The notes under the pieces are model-generated. The model was not told where the DNA came from and searched no databases. It was given only the letters and a program-made list of their open reading frames with translations. Source: Trypanosoma brucei (Eukaryota). Taken from it: a stretch of DNA of 64,000 nt. The DNA is taken from positions 448,001 through 512,000 of the forward strand of contig CM000208.1 of the NCBI GenBank assembly GCA_000002445.1. Reading direction: 5' to 3'. The translations under genes and the position numbers were made by a program. Each line of letters starts with the position of its first letter. Positions within the stretch are counted from its first letter, which is position 1. Positions 32,122 to 43,100 of this stretch are shown here, piece by piece.

Positions 32122-33672
32122 ATGGAGGACACGGCGGCTTTTTCAGCTGTGCTCCAACGCTCTGCTCCAGTAACACGACGGCGGGTTCTAGTTGTGTTAT
32201 TTGCTCTCGGTAAATATGCAAAAAGGGAAAATACTGAACTTTCTCCGTCTGCCATAATGACGTTGCTTGAATACGTGATGGTGGGGAAACCTGTGCGTTT
32301 CCTTTTCGCGAGTGGCGCCGGGGGTTCTGTGCTGCGTAGCCACGACCGAGGCTTTACCTGGCGTGTTGTGTACAGAATTCGTGACAACGTTACCGATGTT
32401 GTGCCTACTCGAAGGCAGCCTGCGGGAACCCTTGGAGCTGTGGGGGAGACAAAAGCCTTATCTGAGACTGGGGGAAATATCGCTTCAAAGGATGAAGTCA
32501 TTCCTCCCTCGGCTGTTGAACCTGAGAACCACACATCATGCATCGCCACAATGGATGATAGGGTAGCTGTATGTGGTGACAATGGGTTTCTTGCAGTCTC
32601 TGTCGATCGAGGATTGTCGTTTTCCAAGCTAGCGAAAGAAGCGTTTCACCCATTTGGCGAAGGGGGATCAAACAACGAGAGTAACTGCTCCGACTTTAGG
32701 GGCGTGGAGTTTTTGTCTGAATGCGCTTTGGTGTTCTTTTCAAAGAGACATCTCTTTAGGTGCCCGCTCAACCAAAAAAGTTACAACAGCGTAGAATTCG
32801 GTGATATTAGCCTCCTACAAGCGTTTTCTGACCCAATTGGGTGTGTGAGAACGTTTTCGCGGGCTGGCCGGGGTTGTATGCGGGAGCTGTTTGTGGCAAC
32901 GAACGGGTTTGTGCACTACTCGCACGATGGGGGGGCTGTTCTTTTGAAAATTCCTCACAAACTAGGCGTTATTCGCTCGATTGAGCCTATGGATGTTGTT
33001 CTTAGACATAGGGAGATTCCCCAGCTCCCCCCTAGTTTGATAGATGCAATGACGGCGCCCGCAGTTGAGCGACATCTAAGTGCAGAGAAGGAGAAGTACT
33101 CCTACAGCGTTGTTGTCCGGGCAACGGGGGCCCAAGACAAGGGGGTTGGTGATTCAGGGTGCGACTTCTGTGAGGGTTGGGTGGACGGCATTTCCCTTCC
33201 ACACCGCTTGGGCAGTGTCTGTTACCGTGTTCTGTTGGTTGCTGGATGCGGGGCCAATATATTACCGTACGATTGCACCGCTTTACTCTTTGTTGCTGCC
33301 TCCTCAAACGGTCCGGACACCACTCCGGATGTCCTGGGGTCTTTGGCTGAGCACGTGGATTATGTGCCGTACATCAAGTCCGGGATAACTGAACCCCTGT
33401 CAGTGGCCCTCACCCGTCGTCCGGGTTCTGGAGGCTGTGTGTTTGCTCGGAGCAATATTGCTGGTGTTAGCTTTTCGAGTGATATGGGTAGGTCGTGGTC
33501 CATTCCGAAACAAGCGTACGTAGTCTCCGTCCTTGCATCCGACGGCGGCGAATTCGTCTGTTGTAATAGACGAAATGTTGTCAATTTCCCCAACAGTGTT
33601 TGTGAGGAAGTTCATGCTCTGCAGACTGATTTGCGAGTGCCTTTCTTGACAGATATTGCGATGATGACTTAA
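32122..33672 (+). CDS. BNR/Asp-box repeat protein (predicted beta-propeller; sialidase/Ycf48-like fold), 516 aa
   Basis: Canonical Asp-boxes SHDRGFTW and SSDMGRSWS, plus degenerate ones (SVDRGLSFS, SHDGGAV). Confidence 0.55.
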   Translation: MEDTAAFSAVLQRSAPVTRRRVLVVLFALGKYAKRENTELSPSAIMTLLEYVMVGKPVRFLFASGAGGSVLRSHDRGFTWRVVYRIRDNVTDVVPTRRQPAGTLGAVGETKALSETGGNIASKDEVIPPSAVEPENHTSCIATMDDRVAVCGDNGFLAVSVDRGLSFSKLAKEAFHPFGEGGSNNESNCSDFRGVEFLSECALVFFSKRHLFRCPLNQKSYNSVEFGDISLLQAFSDPIGCVRTFSRAGRGCMRELFVATNGFVHYSHDGGAVLLKIPHKLGVIRSIEPMDVVLRHREIPQLPPSLIDAMTAPAVERHLSAEKEKYSYSVVVRATGAQDKGVGDSGCDFCEGWVDGISLPHRLGSVCYRVLLVAGCGANILPYDCTALLFVAASSNGPDTTPDVLGSLAEHVDYVPYIKSGITEPLSVALTRRPGSGGCVFARSNIAGVSFSSDMGRSWSIPKQAYVVSVLASDGGEFVCCNRRNVVNFPNSVCEEVHALQTDLRVPFLTDIAMMT

Positions 33673-33736
33673 CCGACAGACATTGCCCTGTTTTCCTTGC
33701 TTTGGGACTTTTAAGATAGCGAAGGTGATACTGCCT

Positions 33737-35038
33737 ATGGGTCAGTGGCTTTGCTTTCGCGGGGGGAGCACAGAAGGAGGGAAGGAATGCGATGGGGATG
33801 AGTTATCAGTTTACTCTGAAGTGGGAGAGAAAATGTCCCGGGAAGAGCGCTACAGTAATGCCGATTGCCCAGATTCGGGCTCGTCGTTACTCCCCGGGGT
33901 AATGTGGAGTGAACAGCCCGTGGAGCAGGCGCGCTTTGAGGATTTTGGCGGTAGCTCTTGTGGTAGTGTTTTCCCTCCTCACCGAAAGCACCGTGATTAC
34001 AAGCTCTTTGGAGGCCTTTTCGATGCTAATGTTTCGCTGCTTTCCTTGTGTTCCTGTGAAGATGCGGGCATGCCACAGCACATACTTCTTGGTGGTGAAG
34101 GTGGGGGCATCGTTCTGCTGAACTACGCGTCAGGTGAGGTTGTGCGTCGGTGGTCTGAAGCACACAGTGGCGATGTGAATAAGTTAACGAGACCGCTAGA
34201 GACGGGCATGTTTGCCTCTTGCAGTCGTGACAGCACTGTTAAAGTCTGGGATACTGAATGCAACGAGGCGCTTTGCACGCTTCGGGGTCACAGAGCAAAC
34301 GTGACGAGTATCACTCAGCTTCTGAATGGCACCTTCCTTGTTTCGGGAAGTCGTGACAATTCAGTGCGGCTATGGGATATAATAGAAGGCCAAGAGGTGG
34401 CTTGCTGCGATGTCAAGCAAAATATTGTACACTTCGTGCGGTGGGTACCTTCGTTGGGTTGTGTGGCGCAGGGTGGTGAGGATTTGACTGTGCGACTATG
34501 GGACGTGCGCACGAGCTCCGACGGTATGAAGGCGATAGATCTCAGTTTGGGTTTTACAATGGCGTGCATTGACTATCATCCGATCTGCTGCGAACTCTCC
34601 CCAGACGAGGGTTCGTACACTCTGCTGACTGGTCATAATGGGTTCAATGGGCATGGGGCGTACGTCGTCGAATGGGACCTGCGCATGCAAGACCGCGTGC
34701 GGACCTTTAAGGCCCACAACGGTACAGTGCGGAGCATACGCAGCTGTCCGTTAGCGAAAGGGATGCCTAACAGACACTACATGAGCGCAGCTGACGATGG
34801 AACTGTTGCCTTCTTTTCGACTGCGGACGTAGATGGTGCAGTTGAAGTGTCGGTGGATCCGGCTAACATTCACAAGGTATCAGGTGCTTCGGTTAAATGC
34901 ATTGATACGAGCAGCGGTGGCGATATTTTTGCGTCAACATCTGATGGTGCCGTTATCGTATGCTGCCAAACACAACGTGGAAGTGAAGCTGTGGCCTCAT
35001 TGTACCACTATCGCTATTTCGGGGCCAGCCCAGGCTAA
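33737..35038 (+). CDS. WD40 repeat protein
   Basis: Track ORF starts at TTG 33683; first ATG 33737 follows a polypyrimidine tract and AG. WD signatures: VKVWD...LRGH, GSRDNSVRLWDI, LTVRLWDV. Confidence 0.75.
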   Translation: MGQWLCFRGGSTEGGKECDGDELSVYSEVGEKMSREERYSNADCPDSGSSLLPGVMWSEQPVEQARFEDFGGSSCGSVFPPHRKHRDYKLFGGLFDANVSLLSLCSCEDAGMPQHILLGGEGGGIVLLNYASGEVVRRWSEAHSGDVNKLTRPLETGMFASCSRDSTVKVWDTECNEALCTLRGHRANVTSITQLLNGTFLVSGSRDNSVRLWDIIEGQEVACCDVKQNIVHFVRWVPSLGCVAQGGEDLTVRLWDVRTSSDGMKAIDLSLGFTMACIDYHPICCELSPDEGSYTLLTGHNGFNGHGAYVVEWDLRMQDRVRTFKAHNGTVRSIRSCPLAKGMPNRHYMSAADDGTVAFFSTADVDGAVEVSVDPANIHKVSGASVKCIDTSSGGDIFASTSDGAVIVCCQTQRGSEAVASLYHYRYFGASPG

Positions 35039-35384
35039 CTCTAATGAATCAGTAGGTGATGTTTTATGGCTCGCCGAGGTGGTGGAGCGTTAGCGTCGTT
35101 GTTCTCTCCCTCCCTCACATACCCTTGTGTTCTTATTCTTGCTTCATCCACCCTTCTTGCACGTATGTACGTCCACATCTTGCGACTGTACTCGCTTTTT
35201 GTCCAGCCATTTGCTATGCAGCAATCGTTTCCTCTTCATCTCCCATGCTTTGTGCTTCAACCCTTCTGATTCATCTCTCATCCCCGTGACCTTCACTCCC
35301 TCGCCACGGTCAATTCCCTCCCAACCATGCGGGCGTTTATTTGCTGCTCATGCCAGAAGGCCGGGAGTTGAAGTCAAAGGTAAT

Positions 35385-36467
35385 ATGACAGATAATCAAG
35401 GTAGCTATATCACTACCACGAAACTTGAAGAGGTTCGCCTTCTTGCCGTCGCAGGGGATCGCAGTGCTGCCGTTTATGCAGCGCATCGGCGTATGGAGGA
35501 CAACCTGGCAAAGTTGCCCGCCGTATTAGCGGACACGGCGAGGTACCACCCTACATCTGTGGACCCTTGGGTTGCCGTGTTTGCCGCCGTCGATTCCCTC
35601 TGCAGGGATGTGGAGTTGTGCCTGCAGCTGTTCACCATCGGTGCGCAGGTGGAGCGGTCTAAGGGGTTGCCAACTGTAGCTGTTCTCTACGAGCAACAAA
35701 AAAAACCCGCGGCCCGCCTGCAATCGTTCGCCGCCACAGTTCAGAGTGCCTTCACATGCAAGGGTGTTACCATTCCCGTACCGGCATCTCTCATGCTGAG
35801 GTTTGCGGAGGCGATTCGTCCCTTTGATAGCAGCCAGGCCACCAAGTGGTTGCAGTGCAGTTTTGAAGAAATGTTCAATAGAGAGACAACTGGCGAGGGT
35901 GCCGGTAACAATTACGTAGCATCTGGGCCGACCGCGGTAGCAGCTACACCAGCGCATGCAACACAGGAGCCTAAAGGCGTGGTGGTTGCAATGCTTACTT
36001 TGTTGATAAAATGGCGCGCGGAAGACGGGGAAGACGTGTTATGGGCTCAGCGAAAGCGCAAGGAACTGTCACAGCTCGTGGAGGAAAATGTTCTTGAATC
36101 TTTAATTCGGTTTGAAGTTGAGAGCGTGGCGGCAGTGGCTAGGAGGAAACAGCGTGTCCAGAAAAAAGGTGAAAGGCAAGCCACGAAAAGGCAGGTCAAA
36201 CCCACCCCTGCAACAGAGGCTCTCCCAGGGTCCGCTGTAGAAGCCACTGTTCCTGCACAGGGGGTATCAACCTTGGGGCGTCTGAGGCGGTATGTAAATG
36301 ACCTGCTCGCCACAAACTGGAGTCAGAACCCATCTCGTGCAGCCTGTGTGATTATTGCGATTATTCTTCTTTGCATTCTTGCTCGTAAAGCCCTGTGTAC
36401 GGTATCTTTGTTTGGGGGTTTTGCCGGAGGCACTCCCCGGGGCGGAAGGAAGCTGATCGATCTCTGA
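35385..36467 (+). CDS. Hypothetical protein with C-terminal transmembrane segment (tail-anchored?)
   Basis: Track ORF starts at GTG 35127 and its first 86 codons look like pyrimidine-rich UTR. First ATG 35385 (MTDNQGSYITTTK). C-terminal ACVIIAIILLCILA hydrophobic stretch. Confidence 0.45.
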   Translation: MTDNQGSYITTTKLEEVRLLAVAGDRSAAVYAAHRRMEDNLAKLPAVLADTARYHPTSVDPWVAVFAAVDSLCRDVELCLQLFTIGAQVERSKGLPTVAVLYEQQKKPAARLQSFAATVQSAFTCKGVTIPVPASLMLRFAEAIRPFDSSQATKWLQCSFEEMFNRETTGEGAGNNYVASGPTAVAATPAHATQEPKGVVVAMLTLLIKWRAEDGEDVLWAQRKRKELSQLVEENVLESLIRFEVESVAAVARRKQRVQKKGERQATKRQVKPTPATEALPGSAVEATVPAQGVSTLGRLRRYVNDLLATNWSQNPSRAACVIIAIILLCILARKALCTVSLFGGFAGGTPRGGRKLIDL

Positions 36468-37023
36468 TTGGACTCTGATGATAAACGTGTTTTTTTCCCT
36501 TTTTTCTGTCTTCAGCCCCCCTTTTCGATTCGACCATCGTGGGAGCTGCCCTCGGCGACGTGTATAGGCGTCCATTGACTATGGACATCCCCTTCGATTC
36601 TGTTCCTCAACCCACACGTGGATGGATAACCATGTATATATACGTTTTCTCTGCTTGACTGGTACATTTTCATCTGCCCGTTTTTATTCTTTTTGCTGCA
36701 TACGGCCGTGACATGTAGCTTTAGTTTTCGAGATAGTTGCAGCGGTTGCATTTCCGGATGGAGCACTGTTTTCTGTCACCGTTGTGATGCATTTGTAAGG
36801 TGCCATCACTACCTACCGGGCATTCACACCTGACAGTGTTCATTTGGTTTTCTGCGGGAGGCATGAAATATGCCCACAGCTGCCAGCGTTTCTCTGTCAC
36901 CTTTATCATGGTGATGTTACCCGTTTGGCAACGTGCGTGTTTTCCCTTCATTCTATTAAGTTGCCCCTGAAAATGACACTGAATATCGTAGTCGTTTTCG
37001 TCTCGCACTACGTTGGATTTATG

Positions 37024-37041
37024 GGGTTAGGGTTAGGGTTG
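37024..37041. repeat. Interstitial telomere-like hexamer repeats, GGTTAG x3 (TTAGGG)
   Basis: ggttagggttagggttg read directly. Flanked by a 16-bp direct repeat gtcgttttcgtctcgc at ~36992 and ~37155. Confidence 0.8.
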
Positions 37042-38114
37042 TGTGGTTCCTATATAGTTGGGTGTTCTGGTGGAACTGCAGTGTGGAACGCGGGGGTTAC
37101 TTTAGTTGTCGAGCACAAGTGACGTTTGTAGCGACGGGCGATTTATTTGCGTTTGTCGTTTTCGTCTCGCGTTTTCACTACTATGATCTCCCCGGTCGCC
37201 GCAGATTGGCTTCTTGGAAACGGACTGTTTCTCTTCGTGCTGATCCGGTGGGTGATTTGGGTTATTTTTTCATTTGGGACATTGCATTACAGCTGTGTGC
37301 TTCTCTGAGAAGCACCGCGATGTCAATGTGTGAGATGGACGGCTCTGCGATGGAGAGTAGAACTCGAGTTATACGGGTGGAAAGCCATGTGCCCGTGTGT
37401 GGAGAGGGAATAATACTTTTATATGTATGGGGACGTTCGTTGCGCGCTATCGTGGTTTCACGTGCCCTTTCTCCTTGATGCGTAGTCCATTTACTGTCAA
37501 GCGATGTGACGACGATCGTCCAAGTTTGCTCTTTTTTTCTTTCTCGTCTGATGTGAGGGGTCTAGAAATATTTGAAGATCAAAAGTTTTTCGATTGCGTT
37601 TAGTGGCTCGTTTTCGTTTGGCTTCGTGTCTGTTCGTCTGCTATTGATTCAAATCTCGCTTTAAGAGCCTCGTAGAGGATCTTTTCTTTCCGCGTGAGAA
37701 ATTCACTGCTCCCTCCGCCCCACAGTACCACTCGAAAGCTTAGGATGCTCGTGTACGTTTGTGAGAGGTAGTGGCGCGTAAGAGAGTTTTTTCTTTTTAG
37801 AGTTGTTGGAGAGGAAGACGGTCGTTACTTCTGAATTTGTTGTCCTTGCTACCCACTCTTTTCTTTCTGCGACCCGGTAGTATTCAGCTTATTAGTCCGA
37901 AGCAGGTTGGTGTACATTTGTTTCGTCGGCCGTCGCTGGGATTCGTCAATTGCCATCCGTATTATCAACTTTGACGTCAGTAATAGTATGTTTTTGCCCC
38001 ACTTCTTTCTGGGACGTCCCCTTTACAAATCGTTAAGTGTTTTCTCCTTCATTCACATTTGACACAAGTGTGCCCCTCCCCAATCAAACTACGCAAACTT
38101 ACGTCCTCTGGTTT

Positions 38115-38660
38115 ATGGGCTCTGAAGAATCAAACAACATATGTGCTTATAAAAGAACAATTTCTCTCGCTAAAATCTATATCGTGTTACTAGTGAAAAC
38201 TGCGATGCTGCGCTACAGCCGACTTTGCTTCCCTAAGATGGGATGTGAGGAGATCAAACGCAAGGCAAGGCGCGTGCAGTTGCAGCCGACAGAATATTTG
38301 GCTCAGCATCGCATGCAGGTTTGGCAACTTCGATTCAAGGAAATGGGACCACCATTTTCGAGGGTGTGGGTGGCACTTGGTGGAAAGATGAGGCGCCGGC
38401 GTGTTGGGCGGCAAGTGGATGTAAAGGACATGCGTTACTATTGGAGGCCTATAGAGCCACAGTATCAGCGGCTCTACATGTCTCGGCTGCGCATTCGTGA
38501 TCATTCAAATAAATTAAGGCAGCCCATGCGTCTTCGCGCTACCAACGCCGATATTGGGTCTGGGAGTAGCTCTATTGAATGGGAGAGAGCTTCTAATAGA
38601 AAGTACGGAGCGATGTTAGCGCCCCCGAAGCGACAAGACTTTGAATTCCGTGTTGTTTAG
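38115..38660 (+). CDS. Hypothetical small basic protein (possible mitochondrial ribosomal-type protein); start uncertain (ATG 38115 or 38205)
   Basis: Track ORF starts at GTG 38037. Lys/Arg-rich sequence (RKARRVQLQP...KMRRRRVGRQ). Polypyrimidine tract plus AG at ~38040-38066. Confidence 0.4.
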   Translation: MGSEESNNICAYKRTISLAKIYIVLLVKTAMLRYSRLCFPKMGCEEIKRKARRVQLQPTEYLAQHRMQVWQLRFKEMGPPFSRVWVALGGKMRRRRVGRQVDVKDMRYYWRPIEPQYQRLYMSRLRIRDHSNKLRQPMRLRATNADIGSGSSSIEWERASNRKYGAMLAPPKRQDFEFRVV

Positions 38661-39037
38661 GAGCACCTGTGGGGATTGTGTATTTAGGATTACACCTTTT
38701 AATGTCCGTGCATTTGTATTATTGACACTTGACGCAAGCGTATATATATTTGCGCTCTCTTCTACTCCCTTTTCGCGTGCGGTCCTCATTAGTGTCCACC
38801 CATTGCCTGCGTTTGTTTTGCCGTGCCACCCCTTGTGAGTTCGGAGCCACTCTCAGGCTTTCCACCCATCTCCTTTCCCCTTTCCCTCCATTTCTTTGCA
38901 CTCTTGTAAAAAAAATTGCACGCTCTGAACCTTCATACAAACATTCAACTATTGTTCCAGCATTAGTCGCGCTGCAGTGACCTTCTTGATATCCGCGAAG
39001 CAATACAAAGAAGAGGGATAGAGGGAACTGGAGAGGG

Positions 39038-39613
39038 ATGACCACGCCTGGTACTTCAGGAACGGCGAAGCATGACGTGAAGGTGTTTCGGTCCAGTATT
39101 GACACGTCATCCGTGTCTAAAACGATCTTTAGTCAGCCCACTCTATATATGGGCATCGTAAACCTTATTCTGATGTATGCCACGCAACGGTTCCCGGAGG
39201 AATTTATGACCCCCAAGTACATGACCATGTCATACAATGGCGTGCGTGCAAGGGCAATGCTTACCATCCCATTCTGTTGTATTGGCAGTGCGTATTTTGC
39301 CGTTGCGAGCATCATCACCAAATCATCATCGCCCCTTGCGGGACACCTACTTGGATACGGCGTTAGTCTTGGTGTCGGCCTAACTATGATGACGTTTCGT
39401 CGTGTCTCTTGGTACTATCCGCTGCTGGGCCTTATGTACCTCTCGTTCGGTGGCTTTCATCACTATAGGCGGATGATGGTATATGGTGATAATGCTCCAA
39501 TTTACAATTGGGGTGATCTAACAGAGATATGGAGCGCGAGGCGGCAACGCAAATTGGAGGGGCGGAAGAAGCATGAAGCAAAAGAGGTTGCAGCCACGGA
39601 GGGGCGCAACTGA
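39038..39613 (+). CDS. Hypothetical polytopic membrane protein (191 aa)
   Basis: ATG start. About four hydrophobic helices (IVNLILMYA, LTIPFCCIGSAYFAVASII, LLGYGVSLGVGLTMMTF, YYPLLGLMYLSFGGF) and a basic C-terminal tail. Confidence 0.5.
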   Translation: MTTPGTSGTAKHDVKVFRSSIDTSSVSKTIFSQPTLYMGIVNLILMYATQRFPEEFMTPKYMTMSYNGVRARAMLTIPFCCIGSAYFAVASIITKSSSPLAGHLLGYGVSLGVGLTMMTFRRVSWYYPLLGLMYLSFGGFHHYRRMMVYGDNAPIYNWGDLTEIWSARRQRKLEGRKKHEAKEVAATEGRN

Positions 39614-40137
39614 ATCTTGAAGTAGTTGTGATTGTATCGTGTTGCCGATGGTAGCTGTGTGGAGGACGTGGTGGATTTCACGCATTTTATGGAGTTTTGT
39701 GTCCCCCTTCTCGTACTTGGTATCGTTAACTTGTTTGCGTAACCGCAGAGTGAAGCACTGGTATACTCCCCTGTCAAGATTGGTGGATTATTTCATATGT
39801 TTTCTTTCCTCATTACATTAATGTAATTGTGAAGGTGGTTAACTCTTTGCGTTCCCTCGCTGCGTTCTTTCCGCGTTTTTTTAAAAAAATTAAAATGACA
39901 CTTGCGCCATTAAAAATAATCAAGTGATCAGAAGAGGCTGTTGTAGTAGAAAGTAGAAGCTCAGCAAGGGACAACTAGCAAGGGAAGGAGAGGAGTACAG
40001 GGGAAAAGCAAGAACAAGAGAACAAAATAGAAGGACGAAGACTGCCAGTTTATACCACCAGGGATTGCACTGGGAAAAGGGGGGACTGAAGGGCTTCCAT
40101 CCGACGCGCGTACCATAGTGGGGGAGGGGTATTGGTA

Positions 40138-43100
40138 ATGGCCACGACGCTGGATGACTTATACCAGTACTACTGCCGACGAAAGGGCTGTAAAGCCAAC
40201 AGCTGTTTCTCCCGTTACCTGATTGAAGAATTTGAGCGTCAAGGGCAAAAGCGCGTACTAGAAACAGTGGATCTGTCTCTGAATTACGTGGGAAGGAAGG
40301 GTATAATACCCGTGTTGGACCTCGTCAAGAATGTCAAAACAATAAAGAAACTAAACCTCAGCAACAATATGTTGGAGCACGAGGAGCTGGAGCATCTTGT
40401 CTACTGCCTCGCCCTTCACCCGTCCGTGGAGGAGGTAGTGCTTGCAAATAATTGCTTTCATGATGCCAGCGTTAAAGTAATTCTCGACCTGTTGGAGTTG
40501 AACGGGGGGATCACTACCTTCGATGTTGATGGTAATGAAATCTCGGCGGCTTCCGTCGCGACAATAGGGGAGCAGCTGGAGAAGAATAGAGCGCGTCGTG
40601 CCGAGAGGGAGAGCGATGCATCCCATCCCTCCTTGCGGCGGTGGAGCAAGGCGCAGATTGAAGGATCGATAGATGAGTTAAACTCGGGTGGCCACATACA
40701 CTTCGGTACCTGGTGGAAGAATCCGCAGTACTTCATGCGGACGTCTGCGGGGTCACAAGTTCGCATTGTCATGGATGTTGAGGACGCTAAGGAGGCACGG
40801 CAAGTTGGTTTCTTTGTCTTTCGCTCAAGCGGCCAGTACAGAGTAGTTGAGCTTAGCGAGGGTGTCATTGCTGGGGAGAGTGCTTGTGACCACAGCCATT
40901 GTTACCTGACAATGTCCGTGGAGGAAAACGAGACGTATTCTGTAATGCCGTACACGTTTTATCCCAGTCGTAGCGTAGGGTTCAGACTCACCGCTGAGAT
41001 GTGTTCTGACGACGCATTAAGCTCGAGGGGATGGATCACCCTTGAGCCTGTAGATCCGGCGGTCGATTGGTGTCTGAGTACTCTGGACGGAGAGTGGACA
41101 GAGGAGTCAGCCGGTGGCTCCCACTTAGAGCACACATGGTGTCGTAACCACATGATTCGGGTGCAGTACGCTGGGTCCGTTCTCACGCACCGAATGGCAG
41201 CACCTGCAACGCTAATTGTGAAACTCAGCAAGGGCGTGGACCCAGATGTTAACGATGAAAAGAGTATCGGATTCCACGTACTGACACCAGACACAGAGGA
41301 GGCGTTGTTGCCCCCAATTTTCTGCAAGGACGAGTGCGTAAAGTGTTTCTGTCCGCACGAGCGTACGACAACTATCAGCGCTTCCTTTGCAGTGTCATGT
41401 ACTGCTCTTCAGCTTTTCATCGCTCCGAGCACACTGAATCCTGGACAGGTGGGAAGTTATAACGTCACGGTTTTTTCCTCTGTACCCGTCACACTATCCT
41501 CGTCGGCGTTTCCCCATGGGTGGCACTACCGAAAGGTTGGTGGCTCGTGGGATGAGTATAACTGTGGAGGCTCTCGAAACGCGAGCATGTCGTGGAAGGC
41601 CAATCCCTCCATTGGCCTGAGCGTCGATTCTAGTCAAGAGCCGTCAGATTTCACAGTCTTCTTGGAGGCAGCTTCGCCCGCTTTACCGTTGGTCGTTCAA
41701 GAAGCTGCGGTGGGAGACGGTGCGTGCTCGCGATCCGCCACGCCTGCTCCAGGGGAGTCGCAGGAAGAAGATCCTGATCTTGTGGAGTTTCTGAGAAGGC
41801 ACAAGGCACACCTCATGGAAGCTTGTGTGTCAGTTATTGAGGCCAAGTCTCCACTTTATCGGGAACTACTCACTTCTGGCTACACAAATGGTTCCTTCGC
41901 CCGTCTTATGGTGCCCGGCCTCAACAAACCGTTTCTTCTTCTTGTCTCAACGAGGCACGCGGGACAATTGGGAACATTTGCGCTTCATATATTTTCCCAC
42001 CGCCCTTTTGTTACCGATGGTGTGGAATCATTATTGGCGCGTGAGCGTGAGGTCCACTTGCAGCAGTATGCACTGGAGAACGAAAAACGGCGAACACTTT
42101 TGTCAGCGGCAAAAACTCAACAGATTAGCTTCGACGGCAGCGAGGATGTGGTTGTTGTGCGCAACGAAATCATTAGGCAATGTATGATTACTGGAGAAAA
42201 GTTTGTTGATCGTGATTTCCCCCGTGGTGGTTCCTCACTTTTTCTTGATCCAGATGCAAAACCCCCGCCAATGTTCCCAAAAGAAACGCATTGGAAGCGA
42301 CCGACCGAGTTAATGGAGAAGGTGGTGTTTCTCCCCGACTGGAAGTGTGACGCCCCGTTCCCGTACTCACGGCGGGAGTGGTTTGCATCTGTTGTTCATG
42401 CCATAGCAACGAAGCCGTTGTGGCTGCAGAATGTAGCAGTTGGGTACAATGAAGGCGAGGGAATGGCCCAATTCCGCTTCTTCAAAGACGGGAAGTGGAA
42501 GGTGGTAACCATCGACGACTATCTTCTCTTTGACAGCACAATGGACCTCTGTATGGGGCGGCCGGGTAAGGATAGTGCAGACATTTTTTTTCCATTGATT
42601 GAAAAGGCGTACGCGAAGGCGCATCGTTGCTACGAGACTCTGGAGCCCAAAGTAACACCGGAATTGGGATTCCTAGAGTTGGTGTGCCAGGGCTTGATGG
42701 ACCTTTCGGGCTGTGCAACAATCAACATCCCTCTCATCGGTAGTGTGCGAATGCCCCAAGAGCAACAGGACGTCATCTGGATGGAAATGAAGAACGCCGT
42801 AAAGCCTAATGTTCTTTGTAGTCTGTTGGTTCGTGGTGACAGTAACGGAGCATCAGAACGCCGTGGACGTGGTATACTGGTTGATCATATATATCCTGTG
42901 TTGGACGCCCGATTTCTAGAGGGGTATCGGCTTGTGAAATTACGACATTGGGGACAACCAGAAGAAATTAACCTGTGCAGCAAGTGGCGGTCTTCAAGCG
43001 ACAAATGGACCGACACCATTCGGCAAACTCTTGAATTCAGGGAGGATGACCGTGAGACGTTTTGGCTATCCTTCGACGAAGTACTGTACTACTTTACTAA

